A stretch of 63,999 bases of DNA, counting the filler, from Asterionella formosa (Eukaryota), in NCBI GenBank assembly GCA_002256025.1. It is 10 parts of 10 records of this genome, joined end to end, with 100 filler letters (N's around TTAATTAATTAA, not from the genome) between each part and the next. Parts side by side here need not be neighbours in the genome. Positions count along the whole stretch, not along the records: positions 6,446 to 12,783 come from NKIB01012740.1; positions 12,884 to 19,220 come from NKIB01012741.1; positions 19,321 to 25,657 come from NKIB01012742.1; positions 25,758 to 32,092 come from NKIB01012743.1; 6 more parts are not named here. One strand, given 5' to 3'. Below, piece by piece: positions 12,559 to 26,921 of the stretch. Position 1 is the first letter of the stretch. Every line of letters begins with the position of its first letter. The notes beneath the pieces were generated by a model. The model did not search any database. It worked only from the letters and a program-made list of their open reading frames with translations, and was not told the DNA's origin. The translations under genes were made by a program, and so were the position numbers.

Positions 12559-15500
12559 AGGTTCCTGCATTTGAACCCCTAGGCAAAAATTAAAATATTG
12601 CTTAGGGTTGCCGAAATTCCCTGGAACTAAGAATTTTTATGAGTTAATTTTGAATGACGTGATTCCAATTGAAATATTTGAATCACTGGAAATTTGCGCG
12701 TACATACATAGATTCCTTTTCGAATTCAATAAATATATACATAAACGTTCTCCATCGCTCAATGTTTATATACCCTATCATACNNNNNNNNNNNNNNNNN
12801 NNNNNNNNNNNNNNNNNNNNNNNNNNNTTAATTAATTAANNNNNNNNNNNNNNNNNNNNNNNNNNNNNNNNNNNNNNNNNNNNATTGAGACGAGAGTCGA
12901 GTATCATTATGCATGAAGACTTTGTTGAGGCCATTACAGTTGTAGCGGCCAAGAAGAAGGGATCTTTGGATTATTTTGCTTAGAAACCCGTTTTCAAGAT
13001 GATCATTTGGCATGGAGCAAGGAGTGAGGTAGGACGCTACTAAAATACTTTTTTTGCAGATGACCACTTTATACTTTTCATTATGGTTAGACCAACTTTG
13101 TCGTTAATATTTGTCTTTGTTTGTTCTAGCTAGTCTACTAAGCAATCTGCCTAAAACTGGTAGGCTAAATGACTATAATTTACCATCTGCCAGTTTCGGT
13201 AGTTGAGTCATTTACCTGTGTTTTCCTCACAGTAAAACCCGTCTTTTACCACAACTCGCTGGTAGAGTCGGGGTACACTGTTGGTTTGATTGATAGATTT
13301 TTGAGGAGAGACAGCTTGTCTTAGAAACTGTACCTCAAGAACTTTCAATGACAAGAATGAAACAGATAACTAACATGATTTTGATGATGACACCAAACGC
13401 AATCCTTCCATTGGAAAACGAAAATGACAAAGAGCAAAAGCCAACACCAGTAGAGGAACCTCCTTTAGTCATTGAATGTTATGATGATGATGATTATGAT
13501 TATGAAGAAGTGTCCTCCCATCCAGTTAAAAAACTGAAAAGAAAGAAGGCACAAGCTAAGAAGTAGTTCTCCCTAAAAGATACTTTGACTTGTACCAACA
13601 CATACTTTCGTGTCGTTAACATATATTTGTGCGAGAAACATCACAATGATGTTTCTAAGAAGCTAGTTCATCTACCCACCATGGCTGACCTTGATGCAAG
13701 GAGATTTTGACATAAATATATTTTCGACTGACTTGTTGTAGTTACATATCTTGATGATTTGGCTTCTTATGGGATTCATCTCTTCATGGGACTCATATTG
13801 TCGTCGCATAGTGCTTGATTCGCAATAGTGGCGCCAAAATTTGGTTCCCCTTCTGTTGAAGTTCGAAAGCCTTGCTGGTCACGCAGCTCCTTCTATAGCT
13901 AGATTTGATGCATATATAGTGATTAATAAATTAATGATTGTTCAAAAGCGACCTCGATCAGTCGTTAGGTATCAAAACTCAAAGGTTGCTTATGGTAGGT
14001 CAAATTTAGGCTTCCATGATCTCATCATTGAATCGGGTTTTTTGTCAGATATGATCAGCAGTTAATTTGAACTATTATTCTGTAGTATGTTTTCTATGTG
14101 CCCTACAATATTATCTCAAATCAGATCTTCTTGGCAGCAAGGTTTAGTGCTCATGTGTTCGCTTTTTCCCCGCTGCTCTGCAATAGTAGTGCTTCATTGT
14201 GTTCTGATCAAAGTTTCACTCTTGTTACTTCTATTGTATAATTATCTACAATGACACAGAAATGTCATCAATCTCAATGAGCTACTATCTCGAACTCAGC
14301 AAGAAGGCATCCAAAACATCATGATGTAACCGGTGTTCTGCATTCACTAGTAGCTATTTAACATGGAAGAGAGCAGGACAGGTAGGTGCTTGCTGATTGT
14401 TGTTTTGTTGTTTTCCTGTTTGACTTGTTCCCGCCATGTTGGAATACAGCGCCCATGATACTAGCTAATTAAAATGCTTAGTTCTTTCTCTTTAGAACAT
14501 TGCTGGCTGATGAAAGCACTCTGTCATGCTACTATTCCTGCTCCTCCTGATGATGCCAACAAGTCGCTATCCACTGAACGAACCAGCTTATCCAATGAGG
14601 TGAAGTATGTTGTCAGCCGATTGTTGTTGTTTTCAACAAGGAATAAAACAGCTTAACACACTGCCAATGTTATTTTCTTGTTTCCCAATGCTAGAAATCC
14701 ACTTTCATCAAAACTCGCACGATGCTTGAAAAGTCTCCAGGATGCAAGCAATATCGGCCATATCTCTGCCAGCACCCACCCATATCAGCCAGCATATTTT
14801 TCGACGCATCCTGCTCCTCCTAGTCAGGGGTATCGTACGATAACTGGCACAGAATTTTTCTGTGCATGACATGCATTTTCTATTTGTGTTACAAGTACAT
14901 ACTTTATATATGAATATTTGATAAGCATGTTTATACTTTTAATGTTTGATCATATTGTTCTAATATTGATCCATATTGACTCATAACGGTAACCACAAAG
15001 TAATCATACAAATACAGTAATTGAGTAACAACAACTCAAGTCGAAATCACGAGCTACTTCTCTTTGAACAAACTCAAAGATGAGAACATCAGTCTTCAAG
15101 AAATCCACAACAAACTCAAAGATGAGCACACCAGTCATCAAGAAATCCACCATGACCTTGTTCGTTCTTACTATAAAATCTCATCTGACCTGAATCACTA
15201 CAAAGGGCAACATTCAGTTCAAGTTTCATCCTTACGTGGTTATGAAAAATAACAGTGCAACATATATACGGCACTGGTAGTAGGTATCCCAACGATGGAC
15301 ATGATATAAATTCAAATCAAATTTATACGTATGCTTACTCACAAAATATCTGTACAACATTTCGGTACCTGCTGTACAACATTAATAGATGAAACAAACT
15401 CACACAATATACCAGTACCAGTACTCACACAGAAAGAGTCTTGTACATGTATATCCATATACCTGTATAAGTAAAAATATGGAAATCTATTCTCTACAAT

Positions 15501-17359
15501 AATAAGGTACAGATATGTACATATCCCCGTGAACAACTGTCCTATTGCAACACGAATGATTCAAATTCAGATTGAATGGTTGCTGATGGTTTGCAGCCAG
15601 ATGGGTTTTTTTTGGGCTGCTCCAAGGCGCCAGGAGAAAACCTATCCGGCCGCTTTGCCCGCCTGCCCCATCGATGTGGGGTGCTTGGGGTTGCAGCCAG
15701 ATGGTAAAAATAATACATACATGTATTAATATACATATAGTTGTGAAATTCTCTCAGACTATAAATATTATTCATATTAGATGATAAATCGAATTTATAT
15801 GATCATATGATCGCCATTATAAGATGCATCACACGAATTAGATGTTTTCTATTTGCAGACGCAGTCTGCAACCACCAACAATCCTGCACTAGTATTTCAA
15901 GCAAGGTGTTGTTCCTCCAACACCTCTTCCACCACAATTCAAATCAATCAAGAAACCACTCCCTCCAAATCCATTCATGCATTGGTTTTTGTTCCGCCCG
16001 CCCCGGAGCACGATCTGAAATCTCGTTGCAAAGACAAAAAGTGGTTGTCAGTTGACAATTTTTCACACCATTTTTCCGCTAACTAATTTTCTTTCTCACT
16101 TTTTATTCTACTCCCTGCCTGTCTTTGTCACGCCATGAAACCCTTCGATTTCCGTTTCATCCTTAGGTTGCTTGACAACATCGTGTCGAAATTTTCAATG
16201 CTTTTTACAATCATTCTTGTTTGAATATTTTTCAGGCATATACCAGTATTTGGTGGTCTATGCAATTTTAACGTGGCATCTATTGATGCCTTGATTTCCA
16301 TTTGAAAATTCTATTTCTGATGTCGCTCGATGGTCCCTGCTCAACCTTAAAATTGGACTGCCGAAAAATCTGCTGTGCCCCTATATTGCCCCTAAATAAA
16401 AATTCCTTAAATAGATTAAAACATACTTAGATGCGCCAAAAATTACTTAGACAATCACAGTTCTCATCGAAAAGCATGCCGATAGCTAGAGTGGGGATTG
16501 CTGAAGGCAATACACGCCCGAGGTGGTCTCATGCCTGCGAGTACACATGTATACGAGAAGGCATGTAGCCACTGAGAAGGGTATTGTTGAGGCGATTCAC
16601 AAACTAGCTCGGTCATGCATGTGATTTTGCTTAAGAGATATTCTAATCATATAGCATTTAATGGTGGCCTGACCTCCTTCTTCGCCATATTTGCCTTTCT
16701 GACAAGCAGGCCTCCAGAAATGCTCTATCCTCAATGCAGATTATTATGTATATCCAAACTCTACCAGATGAGTGAATAGAGTAGTTCAGGTATGTTAGGA
16801 TTACATGTGGCGACGATTTTTTTGTCTTGATGTTGATGATGCAGGAATGAATTTAAGCTTTGGCTGGTGTTTCTCACCCATACATGATAGCACTACATGC
16901 TGCATATAGATAGACAATCAGGCAAGAATATGATTGATACCAGTGAATTTGAATATAAAGGTGCTGGTTTGCATGTAACCTAATCAAATATTAAAAAGAA
17001 ATTACATAACAACAAAATATTGCCCCTATATGACGACGACGTTTTCGAAACGATCCACCAGATGTTCTAACTTTAGTAATAATGACTTTAACTGATAACC
17101 ACTTTAGATATGAGGTCTGACTCGCACAAACCGTAAAAACAGATACCATTAATGTCATGTTTCAGAAAGTCAAAATTGTGCGGTTGGCTATGGAGGGGTA
17201 AATTCCATTATCACGATGGAGTAGAAGAGAATTTTATTTCTTTAGCCACATCTAGTTATGTATGACAACATTTACGATGATATTGCCCTGGCATCGGAAT
17301 CCTATCCACAAAGGCAGCTGCTCCATGTGTTAAATAATACTCCAGGCACCAAAGACACA

Positions 17360-18296
17360 CCGTAAAACCTGGTGTCTCATATTCCTGCAGATACCTGTAT
17401 CACCCCCTTGTAAATCTGGTGCAACACCCCAGAATCCTTATCACCAGCACCACCACCAAGACCAACACCACAGCAATGAAGATATGCAATGATAATTCTA
17501 GTAATAGTAAATTCTTTCACTTCCAGTCTTCTATTTGTCAAAAAATTCATTCAATACTGATCCCCAAATATTTCATGTGTACAGAAAAACAGCATATTAT
17601 TGTATTCTAGCTATTTGTTAATGAATTTATACTATAATTGTATTCTTACCAGTCACCATCATGAAACAACAATCAACACCAACACGAGCGATGCCAATGA
17701 CATTTGCGATGGCAATATCTTTGGCCTGAGATCTATTTCAGGAGTCGAAGCTGCAAGCTGTAAGCTTATTGTGGCACCATTATCAAGGTGAATGCTACAG
17801 GCTCAGGCAGTGCTGGCATTGATGTTGTCAGCTTGCCGGAAGCATTCATAGAATCATTTCATCTGCTACCTCATGATGCAGAAATATTTCGTGCATGTCA
17901 TAATTCTGGTCAAATAATCATGTAAATGATGTGGTTGGCTTATTGGCTTATACAGATATCCATCACAATCCAAGTCATAGAGTCAACACAAATTAAAAAT
18001 AATATTAGGTAGAAAAGAGTACACATTCTAGGAATTACTATAGATGCCATCACGAAACTCGGGCATGGCTGGCAGTGCACCAAAAATAGTAATTCTATTG
18101 ATCATAGAACCCATTTAAACCTAGTACAACAATATATCTTTTTAATTCATGTTGCTATTTGCGTTTCAGAAGTTGGTTTTTTCATACATAATGATGGATG
18201 ATCAAAAAAAAACTATCATGTCTTGTATTCCCCTTAAAGTAAAATCAGTCGTGGCTGCGTAGAAGATTGAGGGGTACGAGACACCAGGTTTTACGG
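17360..18296. mobile_element. Non-autonomous DNA transposon with 22-bp TIRs (pogo/Tc2-like CCGTA ends)
   Basis: Left CCGTAAAACCTGGTGTCTCATA, right TACGAGACACCAGGTTTTACGG: 21/22 match, with the mismatch at a CpG. The TA target duplication is imperfect. Confidence 0.7.
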
Positions 18297-18375
18297 GTAT
18301 ACCGATATTTGAATCAGAACCCCGGGTACCACCAGGTACCGGAGTACAGTACCTGGTCCATATAGTACACCGGTA

Positions 18376-18870
18376 AATAATCTTGGTTCAGTATGACGAT
18401 GGAAGACAGGATGAAGCTACTATTACCGGTACTGAGATTAAAGTGTGGCTGGCGTGATTTTACAAGACCGGCATACGTCGTTAGCCAATCTGTAGCAGCT
18501 GAGTACATTCAATTCAACCAATCAGAATATGTGTAGTGACGTGGGAACTGAGAATTATGCATCTTCAACATACCTACACAAGACTCTAAGTCTACGAGAG
18601 GGTTTTTGCACGTACAGATTCCCATTCCAATATTTTGGCGACTTTTGAAAAATCTGATCGGGTCGACTTTTTGGAGGAGGATTGCTCTAAATCTGCGGGG
18701 TTTCATGAAGACTAAAATAGATAGCCGTTTAGGTGTAACCATTTACGTCAAGAGTTCATTTCTGCAGAGAAGTGGCAGTTATCCCTCGCAAATTTTTTTA
18801 AAAGCTTCGTGGTCCGTTATTTTGGATCATAGTTACGATTCCTATGGGGATAACTGCCACTGCTCTTGAT
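18376..18870 (+). mobile_element. Partial copy of TA-flanked foldback family X
   Basis: Starts with the TIR-like ATAATCTTGG..ATGGAAGACAGGATGAA seen at 40075-40129. Segment 18675-18790 is the reverse complement of ~43929-44037. Internal hairpin AGTGGCAGTTATCCC / GGGATAACTGCCACT. Confidence 0.7.
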
Positions 18871-19144
18871 CAATGAGGTCCTTGCCATATCTGTATATAT
18901 AGATGATACCCCCAAGTCTATCATGACTGAATCTACGCATATGCTAACTGGTCCTATGTATTGGTGAACGCTAATTTTACCTTTAACTATTTTATTTACT
19001 TGTTCGTAATGTGTTGATTGAGGTACATCAAAAAAGTATTTTAGAAAAAAGTAGACCTCGCAATGTGTAAGTGCGGGGCCGCAACCGTGACACACACACA
19101 GATATATTTTGCTTCTTTCGCATCCTGACCCCACGAAGGCAAGG

Positions 19145-19220
19145 ATGACTATCAAGGACGAGAAGGGTGTTGAACCCGAGATTGCCGTTTTCAGTGTTGA
19201 GCCCATTGTAACACAAGAAG
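19145..19220 (+). CDS. Possible 5' end of a gene cut by the scaffold end
   Basis: An ATG-initiated open frame MTIKDEKGVEPEIAVFSVEPIVTQE runs into the linker. No family recognisable. Confidence 0.3.
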
Positions 19221-22200
19221 NNNNNNNNNNNNNNNNNNNNNNNNNNNNNNNNNNNNNNNNNNNNTTAATTAATTAANNNNNNNNNNNNNNNNNNNNNNNN
19301 NNNNNNNNNNNNNNNNNNNNATGCATGCCACAGCGGAATCAATTTATGTTGCTTACTATTTGGAGCTTGAGGCTTCTAAAGAGGACAAGCAACAAGTGGA
19401 AAGATGTTGATGAGGCTGTGAATGCCATTAATAGATTTAAGTTTTTCGGCAGTATTTGAAGCCCTGCCACAAACTTTAGTACTGTCATTTTTAGCTAGGT
19501 GAGGATGGACTCCTCATGGAAACCAGAATTTTTAATTGAGATTTGTATATTTGCAAATGTGCTAATGATGACCTCATGGCTGGGCAGAGGATGAGGTAAC
19601 ATGATTATTACTTAACACAAGCTACCAATTGAATCTTCCCTGGCTAAAATGTAACAAACTATGACAGTAGAAGCCTAAAGCCTTGCATTAATTTCTTGTC
19701 ATACCATAGCATCCAAAGAAGGTAAATTTAAATGATAGACAAAATGTGCAGTCAAATATTATTTTCGGCCATTCCAGCAATGATTTCATGGTGCCCTGCC
19801 TAGTACTACATGCTGTTTTCCTTTCCTTGTTTCCATGGTGTTACTCATTGCTTGGTTGCTTTAGTATATTGATATCGAAAAACAGAATTTTCGTGAATTA
19901 AAGAAGCTTAACACATGATATTTAAATTGAAGAAACAAAGGTTCCGGCAGGAAAATTCTGGATTTTTCTGCATCCATCAGATTGTTACAAATTCGCTGCA
20001 TTGCCGTCGTAGTAACGAAAGCAGGAGTCATGCTGCACCATGGTGCAAACAAGGAGCAGTTCGTCAACAGTTAAGGAAGCTAGACAGAACAATCATGAAT
20101 ACACCAGTTCCGCTACTGCTGACAGTGATGAGCATTGTTGGGAGAATGAAGCAAAGAAAGTCAACACAACAACATTGATGGACCAAAGAATAGTAGTAGG
20201 AACATCTACAAAGAAGTTGGAAGTCACAACCAATGAAGACAACGACAGCAATGTCATCATCAACTGGTCTGATCATTTTGAGCCCTCCGTAGTTACACCT
20301 TGCTTTGAAATGAAAGAATGTTTGCCTGGTGTACATGAACAGAGTTTTTCGGACCAGTTTCAATTCCAGAAGTTGTGTTCCATCATGAAACTCGATGGAC
20401 CTGAAAACGAAAGAATACATTTTTGGATGAAAGTGTCGGAAAATGGATAAACCGTCAGTCAGAGGAGTTCGTGATCATTTCCGCGATGCGAAGTTTTTAT
20501 TCGCGTAAAGAACAAGCAGTGTATTGTTGAATGGCTGAAAGTATGTCTATAGTAAACTGTTTAATGACCTTATCAAGATTCCATAGAAAAAAGTACCACG
20601 ACAATTAGTGCATACATGAAACTCACTACAAAATTCACGTAGAGGATTTTCTTGCATCTTGAAATGTTGTACCCTCTCCGAGAATGCCGTCGCTCAAGTT
20701 TTCTCATCTATTTCTAGAAAACATAGGAAACCTCATCTAGTCAAAGTTATCAAGCTAATCACCGCGGACTCAACACTGTCTCGGTTTTGGTCATATCTTC
20801 AAAACTGAGCAAATGACGACCAAAAACAACTTTCAGCGCCGACTTCAACTTTTTGTTGTTCATACTTGTGCAAAAAAATTTGTTATTGAACTATAATCTC
20901 GTCTATGTTAGTCTGCATACATGTGCGAAATAGGAATTGTTCATTGTCAATATTCGTGATGATATTCAACTCCATAATTTCGTCATGGTCAAGATGGAGT
21001 TGCTGTCTCATCGACCCCATACCACAGGCAGCTGTACAAACACACATGGAAGTACTGCCTGATGGTATCTGGTACCCAGTATTATGCATGCCAAGCATAC
21101 CGGTATATATTATTTAACGCTATACATACAGAATGTACAAAAAGTACATACGACGTTTGTTGTAGTATGTATGATGTGTTCCATGTCGAAAAGCTAAGTA
21201 CATCTGATACATTATGCATCCGATTTCTTGACAAAATGTGCAGTATTACAATTTTTTAAATTGTTTTTCGATTATCATGTTACTAAGTAAAAAGAGTTAT
21301 TGAAAATTTAGTTAGGAAAAGTTTTCTATCATTGATAGAAATTGATATTGATTTGCTACAAATTTAGTCAAAAAAAGTAATCACGAGTTCCCCCGACTAA
21401 CTCATTATGCATTTTCGGACACTTTTATGCAAAAGTCTAATGGACCCCTGAAAACTGGCAGAAAAAGTGGATTTCCATTGATACAGCTACCAATTTGATT
21501 AATTTGCTTGGAGCTTTGAATAAACTGAATGACTCCCTGCAGGCACAAGTTGATGGGGACAAAATCAAGCCAGAAACCTTGCTCAACATTCTTTTTAGGC
21601 CTCCAGTTAAGTGCAATATCAAAAAAGTTTCAGAATTTGGGTAGCACTGTGTGCACCAAACCACAGTATGTGTCTTCACGGTAAACGCCAAGATTTCCAT
21701 CAACGTCAACAATACCAAAAAATGGTTGCGAAAGCTATTCCTCTACTTTGATTTCTCCACCAATGTTAAGGTTGTTGAACCATGGCATTCCAGGCATTAC
21801 AACCATCCCCTAGGCCTGCTACCATTGGAGCACTTCATGACGTCTTCGCAGTGCTCGCCTCAGTAAACTGAAAAATACATTCTTGCATTTGATAGCAAGA
21901 AATATTGACTGATTGTCAAAATAAATGGTTCTGAATGAGTGAGTGGCTACGTGTGGCAAATCAAGTTTGTTCGCTTGAGCAACGACGCATATTTCATTTT
22001 TCTGGTTCCGAATTCCGTTTTGTACTTGGGTGGCTTGGAGATATGGTTGATGACTCCGGCTATATCAAAGTGGAATCCTCAGATGAGCATCATAATTACC
22101 ATGCTGTAGTGGCGGTTTGCTCAGCTCTCCCAGCACGATTGGCATAGTCAGATGATGATGGCAAAAAGGTTGCTGAGGATTATCGATATATTTGTGTAAA

Positions 22201-22494
22201 GTACTATGGGCGTTCCGCCATCATTCCATGGGAACGACCTCTTGTCTGCTGCAAGACAGCTAGTAATGACTTTTTAAGTGGCAGAAGCTCTGTCGATGAA
22301 GCCCATTTAATGGAAAGCAACTGCTGATATTCATCAGAGGCCGACAAACTCTTTCCGCTGATTGATGGAGAGGAGTCTGCATATGATGCAGAAGTGGCAA
22401 TTCAAAAGATTCTGTTAAAGGCTGCAAACAATAGCTAGCTGGGCAATGATGGGTTTGCTGGAAAATTCCGAGATTCATCATTTTAGCAGGCAAC

Positions 22495-25116
22495 ATGAAG
22501 GAAATGGTAGTAGCAGGAGGGGAAACCGCATCAAGGATTCAATGTATGCATCAGGGTCATTCAATCGATTTATTTACCATCTACAAGACCGGGAATTGTA
22601 TATCTCTTGCGAAAATAAATGGCGAATGTGAGCAATTGGAATGGGGTAAAAAGTGTAAGCATGCAATTCAGTTGGTAAATGCAGCTGGGAAACAGCTTGT
22701 GTCAAAGGATGATGCTAGAGGTGGAAGAACAATTCAAGATTGGTTTTTTGACTTCCGATCCAACCGTAAATTTTCCAATCCATTTTCCAACCTATCATGG
22801 TCTGATGGCATTCAATTCTTTGCTAACAACCCTGGTTTGTAGAATGAAATCAAGGAATACTGGAATACTGGAATACAAATCTTGCAACTCTCTCATGTGG
22901 TGGCTTCCAGGCATATATCGTTGATAAAATTATTCCAAGGCTGGTTGATGAAAGAAATAAAGGACAAAATACACTGGTAGCTAAGGGAGTGGATTGTGAT
23001 TCTAATATTTGTGTGGATCAAACTGTTCTTAGTGAATGCGGCTAAAAGACTCTCTGTCTGGCAACTGCCTCAAACTGGCTGCAACATCTTGGATTCAGGT
23101 ATGTATATATTGCCAGCCATGTCTACTATGTTGCATCATTAAAATACAACATTTTGTCTTACAAATAAAATCATTCTCTTTCTTCCATGTGATTTGCTGC
23201 TATTTTTTGTATTGTTCCAGTTATTCAAGACACCAGAAAGGCTTCTATGTTGATGGGCATGAGCGTAAGGATGTGGTAGAATATAGAGCTTGGTTTTGCT
23301 ATGAGTACCTTGTCAATATTGAAATTAGGGCCCCAGTTTGGATCCAAGTCCCTAAGGTGATGGCAATAGAGATGCATCAAAACTCTAAGTTGACAAAAGG
23401 CTATTTTGGATATGAATATTTGGATCCTCATGATACAGAAATGTGTGAATTTCACCTTGACGATGCGGAAATGTTCCCAGGTATGATACAAATGACTGAA
23501 TTTGGTTCACAATTTGGTGGATTACTCAGTAAGAGAATTGGGGGTAGAAAACCAATTATGATTATTGGTCTCAAGATGAGGCCGTAACACCACATGAAAA
23601 GTCCCTTAACCCTTTCTGTTGGGGTGGTTCAGGTGGACAGAAGGTGATGCGTCCTAAGAATCTTGGAATGAGCTATCACTTCTCAGGTTTTACATCCCGG
23701 CAGCTTCATGAGTGGAATCCAAGGCCAACAGCTGATCAACTAGTGGAAATTAATTATAGTAGAAGAGGTGAAAGCTATATTTCTGTTGATGCTGCCAACA
23801 AGGTGTATGTAAAGGCCACTAAAGATGAGCTTAGAATGGGGGACCATGGATTTGTCAGGCATGTTCTGACATTGGTTTTGCTTCGCCTAAAAATAATCTA
23901 TGAATAACATCACTGCTTTAAAAAAACAGGATTTTAAAGCCAGCCAGGGGTCAATCATGAAGGTTATTGGACAGGGAATCATGTGTTGATCCAGACTAAA
24001 GACATGATGGATTGCACAAGAGTTATGTTCCCACAATTTGAAAAACTTTGCTTGTTTGATCACAGCTCAGGACATTGTCAGAAGAGAGTTGATTGTTTGG
24101 ATGAAAGTGTCTTGAACAAGGGATTTGGGGGCGGCACTCAACCTATGATCATGAATTGCTCAAATGTGTTTGCATGTGATATTGGAGAATTCGATAATGG
24201 GACTCAGACTTTAAAACCAGGGGATACACAGCAATTTCAATTTCCGGATACCCCAGATTCAGCAAGCATAGGGCCATGGTGGTATGGAACTGATGAAAAA
24301 AAATTATGGCATATGCATGATATTGAACTTGATGAATGGAAGACACAGTGTCTCAACAAAAATGAGCTAGTGGAAGCACTCCATGAGCAAGTTTGTTCTG
24401 AATTACTACCTTCTCGATTTAATGATAGGAATCCGGCATTCTTGATAGCGCTCTGCAGGTTGCACGGAATTGAAACAACACGCCGATTCAAACGAGTGAG
24501 TCCTGGATGGGCAGGCAATGCAAAGGGAATAGCTCAAATTTTATGGGAGAGAGGAAAATTGCAAGGATCAACTCAAGCTCACTACAGTGCCTTGAAGGAT
24601 CGTGAGACAGGAGAGTACAAAGATTTTAATAGTCTCAGGAAACTGTTAGAGAATTGTCGAGATTTCAAGGAAGAAAATACTATGCTTGCTGAGTGGGTCG
24701 GTTCCCAGATTGGGTTGAAAGTGGTCTTAACTCCAAAGCTGGCAGGAGAGGGCATTGAATACATTTGGGGCAGCATGACAAAGAGCAACTATAGGTCCAA
24801 GTCGCTATGTGACAAGGGAGGGAAGAAGTTTGAAGTTGCAGTGGAAGCATCACACTCTCGTGACTTCATGACTATTGGGAGAATGAGGGCAGCAGCAAGG
24901 AAGGCACACTCATTTATCGTGGGGTATATGATCATTCATGCTCAAAGAGTGCAATATGAAGAAGGAAATCCTGTTTCCATTCAAGAAATAATACTTAATA
25001 ACGACTCTGCTGACCTTGCGAAGATTCCTGAAATGAAGACCAGATACAAGTCACATCGCAATGCATTGGGTTTTGCTGGTGGCTTTGTCAAGATTCTTGG
25101 GAGCATGAAATCCTGA
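22495..25116 (+). pseudogene. Decayed intron-containing IS630/Tc1/mariner-superfamily DDE transposase
   Basis: WLQHLGF + (intron 23099-23220) + YSRHQKGFYVDGHERKDVVEYR, IMIIG-x-DE (frameshifted), GYWT..H, LFDHSSGH, AKGIAQILWERG, DFKEE and TPK..LAGEGIEYIWG. Several frameshifts and a deletion in the PKxHxEL motif. The 5' boundary is approximate. Confidence 0.8.
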
Positions 25117-25757
25117 AATGTGGAAAGTTCGAGATCAAGAAATCTATTATCTAATATCATGGGAGAATAGCTAACAGAAAAAAGTCTGAGTCACTCCTCT
25201 GCTTGTAATTCAAGTGCAACATTTTTCACATCTTATCTACCTATTGCAATGACAACAGACTCTGTCAACTTTGGTTTGCTTCAATGAACTTATCTCCTGT
25301 TGCAAGCAACATTCAAGAGATGGAAAAGTCCAATCCAGCGGCACAGGCTTCAGCCAGAACAGTGCTGCTGAAGCATTTTTCTGTTGCAAAGTTGATGGTG
25401 CAAGCTCCAACTAAAGTACAGCAGTTCTTTGCTGTCATGACAATCCTACCTCTTGCCATCAGGTAATCATTTTGCAGATGGCACTTGAGTTATAGCTTCA
25501 AGGATGATGAAGCCTGGCTGGAACACTACTACGGCCACATATACTACTAAGCAGGTATGATACACAGCTTAATCATTTTCACTCCTCCATGTCTGAAGTC
25601 TCAAGATTGATTAGCAATAAATAGTGATGCTGTTTTACTTTCAGAATCAATGCCTTCNNNNNNNNNNNNNNNNNNNNNNNNNNNNNNNNNNNNNNNNNNN
25701 NTTAATTAATTAANNNNNNNNNNNNNNNNNNNNNNNNNNNNNNNNNNNNNNNNNNNN

Positions 25758-26435
25758 TGTTGCATATGCTTGTGTATTCCTTGTGAACAAATTCGGCGCA
25801 GTCTCTAGTAGCAGTCGAAGATCTGGGCGATTCCTATCAAGGGTCCAATTCAGAAGATTCGGCACAAGAAACGTCTCAAGAGACGTGGGGGTTTCCCATA
25901 CATAGAGGAGAAGCCGTTTTGTTTGGTTCGCGATATACAAGTCAAAGGGAAGTGAGCCCAGCCGATCATGAAGGCCTCCACAATCTGATGTTCTTGTCTT
26001 TGCAAAGGATTTGCGGTCAACTCGACAATGCACAACATACAGAGGGGGAAATGGTGCTTCATTGTCGCCGTTGAATGCAGGATGAGTCGATCGCACTTCC
26101 CTGTGCCATTCTATATAGTTGGTAATCCAGCTTGGGGGCTCCCATCCGTTTAAAGTCCGATTCCAGGGATACTCCAAAATGTCGTCCTTTGTGTCCATCA
26201 CGCCCTTCAGATTCTGAAGGCAATCACTGACTTCGTTAGGAATGGTCAAGTCTTTCTTGGCGACACCCCGCCGTCGTACTGTGAGATAATACTGTTGCTC
26301 ATGGAAGGGTCGTGTTCCCAATACACAAAGCAATGCGATTAGAAGCGTGATTCTGAAAAGCCACTTGAATGAAGCACTCGTCACTCTCTCCTTCTTAACT
26401 CTCGGTCCGTCTATGACTATTTCGTGTAATGACAT
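25758..26435 (-). CDS. Type II membrane protein, fucosyltransferase-like (GT-B; GT23/O-FucT-like), N-terminal half
   Basis: One N-terminal TM helix (WLFRITLLIALLCVLG), stem, PSWITNYIEWH and CGGLHDRL..LYIANQTKRLLLYVW..LETFLVP. Runs off the scaffold end. Confidence 0.65.
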
Positions 26436-26921
26436 GATCCTCGAAATTCTCGTCAAAAGAGGTGATGAGTAAGGGAATCCACCTGATCTGGTAGAGACTC
26501 ATGCGAATTGAGACAATAGCTATTATACGTTGTTAGCAAATAGAGTCTGATTTTTTTTGTGAGCATCACTCTAAAAAGTATTGTTGGGAGAAACAATAAA
26601 ATACAAAAAAGTGAAAGGTTCAGATCAGAACTCTGCGCTGTGAATCACAACGCGCTGCAGTGAATCACATCATTTCTGTGCAGTGAATCCCATCGCTATG
26701 AGACGTCACAAAGTATCATGTTTGCTTCTTTATGCTAGAGTACCTGGTACCAGGTACCAGGTATCACATGATGCAGCCTCTGCCATGGTAGGAAAATGTT
26801 TGAATTTTCCCGGTTGTTTGAGCCTGTTTTTCGTTTAAGTAAAACTTCTTTTTCGAGTTTCACCGAACTTTTAGCGGGGCCTCTCAACAAATCCCTAAAG
26901 TACCCGATACTTATGTTATTA

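Noticed and set aside
15064..15252. ORF with a 42-bp tandem duplication (NKLKDE..QEIH x2)
   Set aside because: No ATG start, short, and in repeat-like context. Probably a TE remnant.
20040..20450. 136-aa ORF as a host gene
   Set aside because: No recognisable domain, and it sits on a transposon-dominated scaffold. Cannot be supported.
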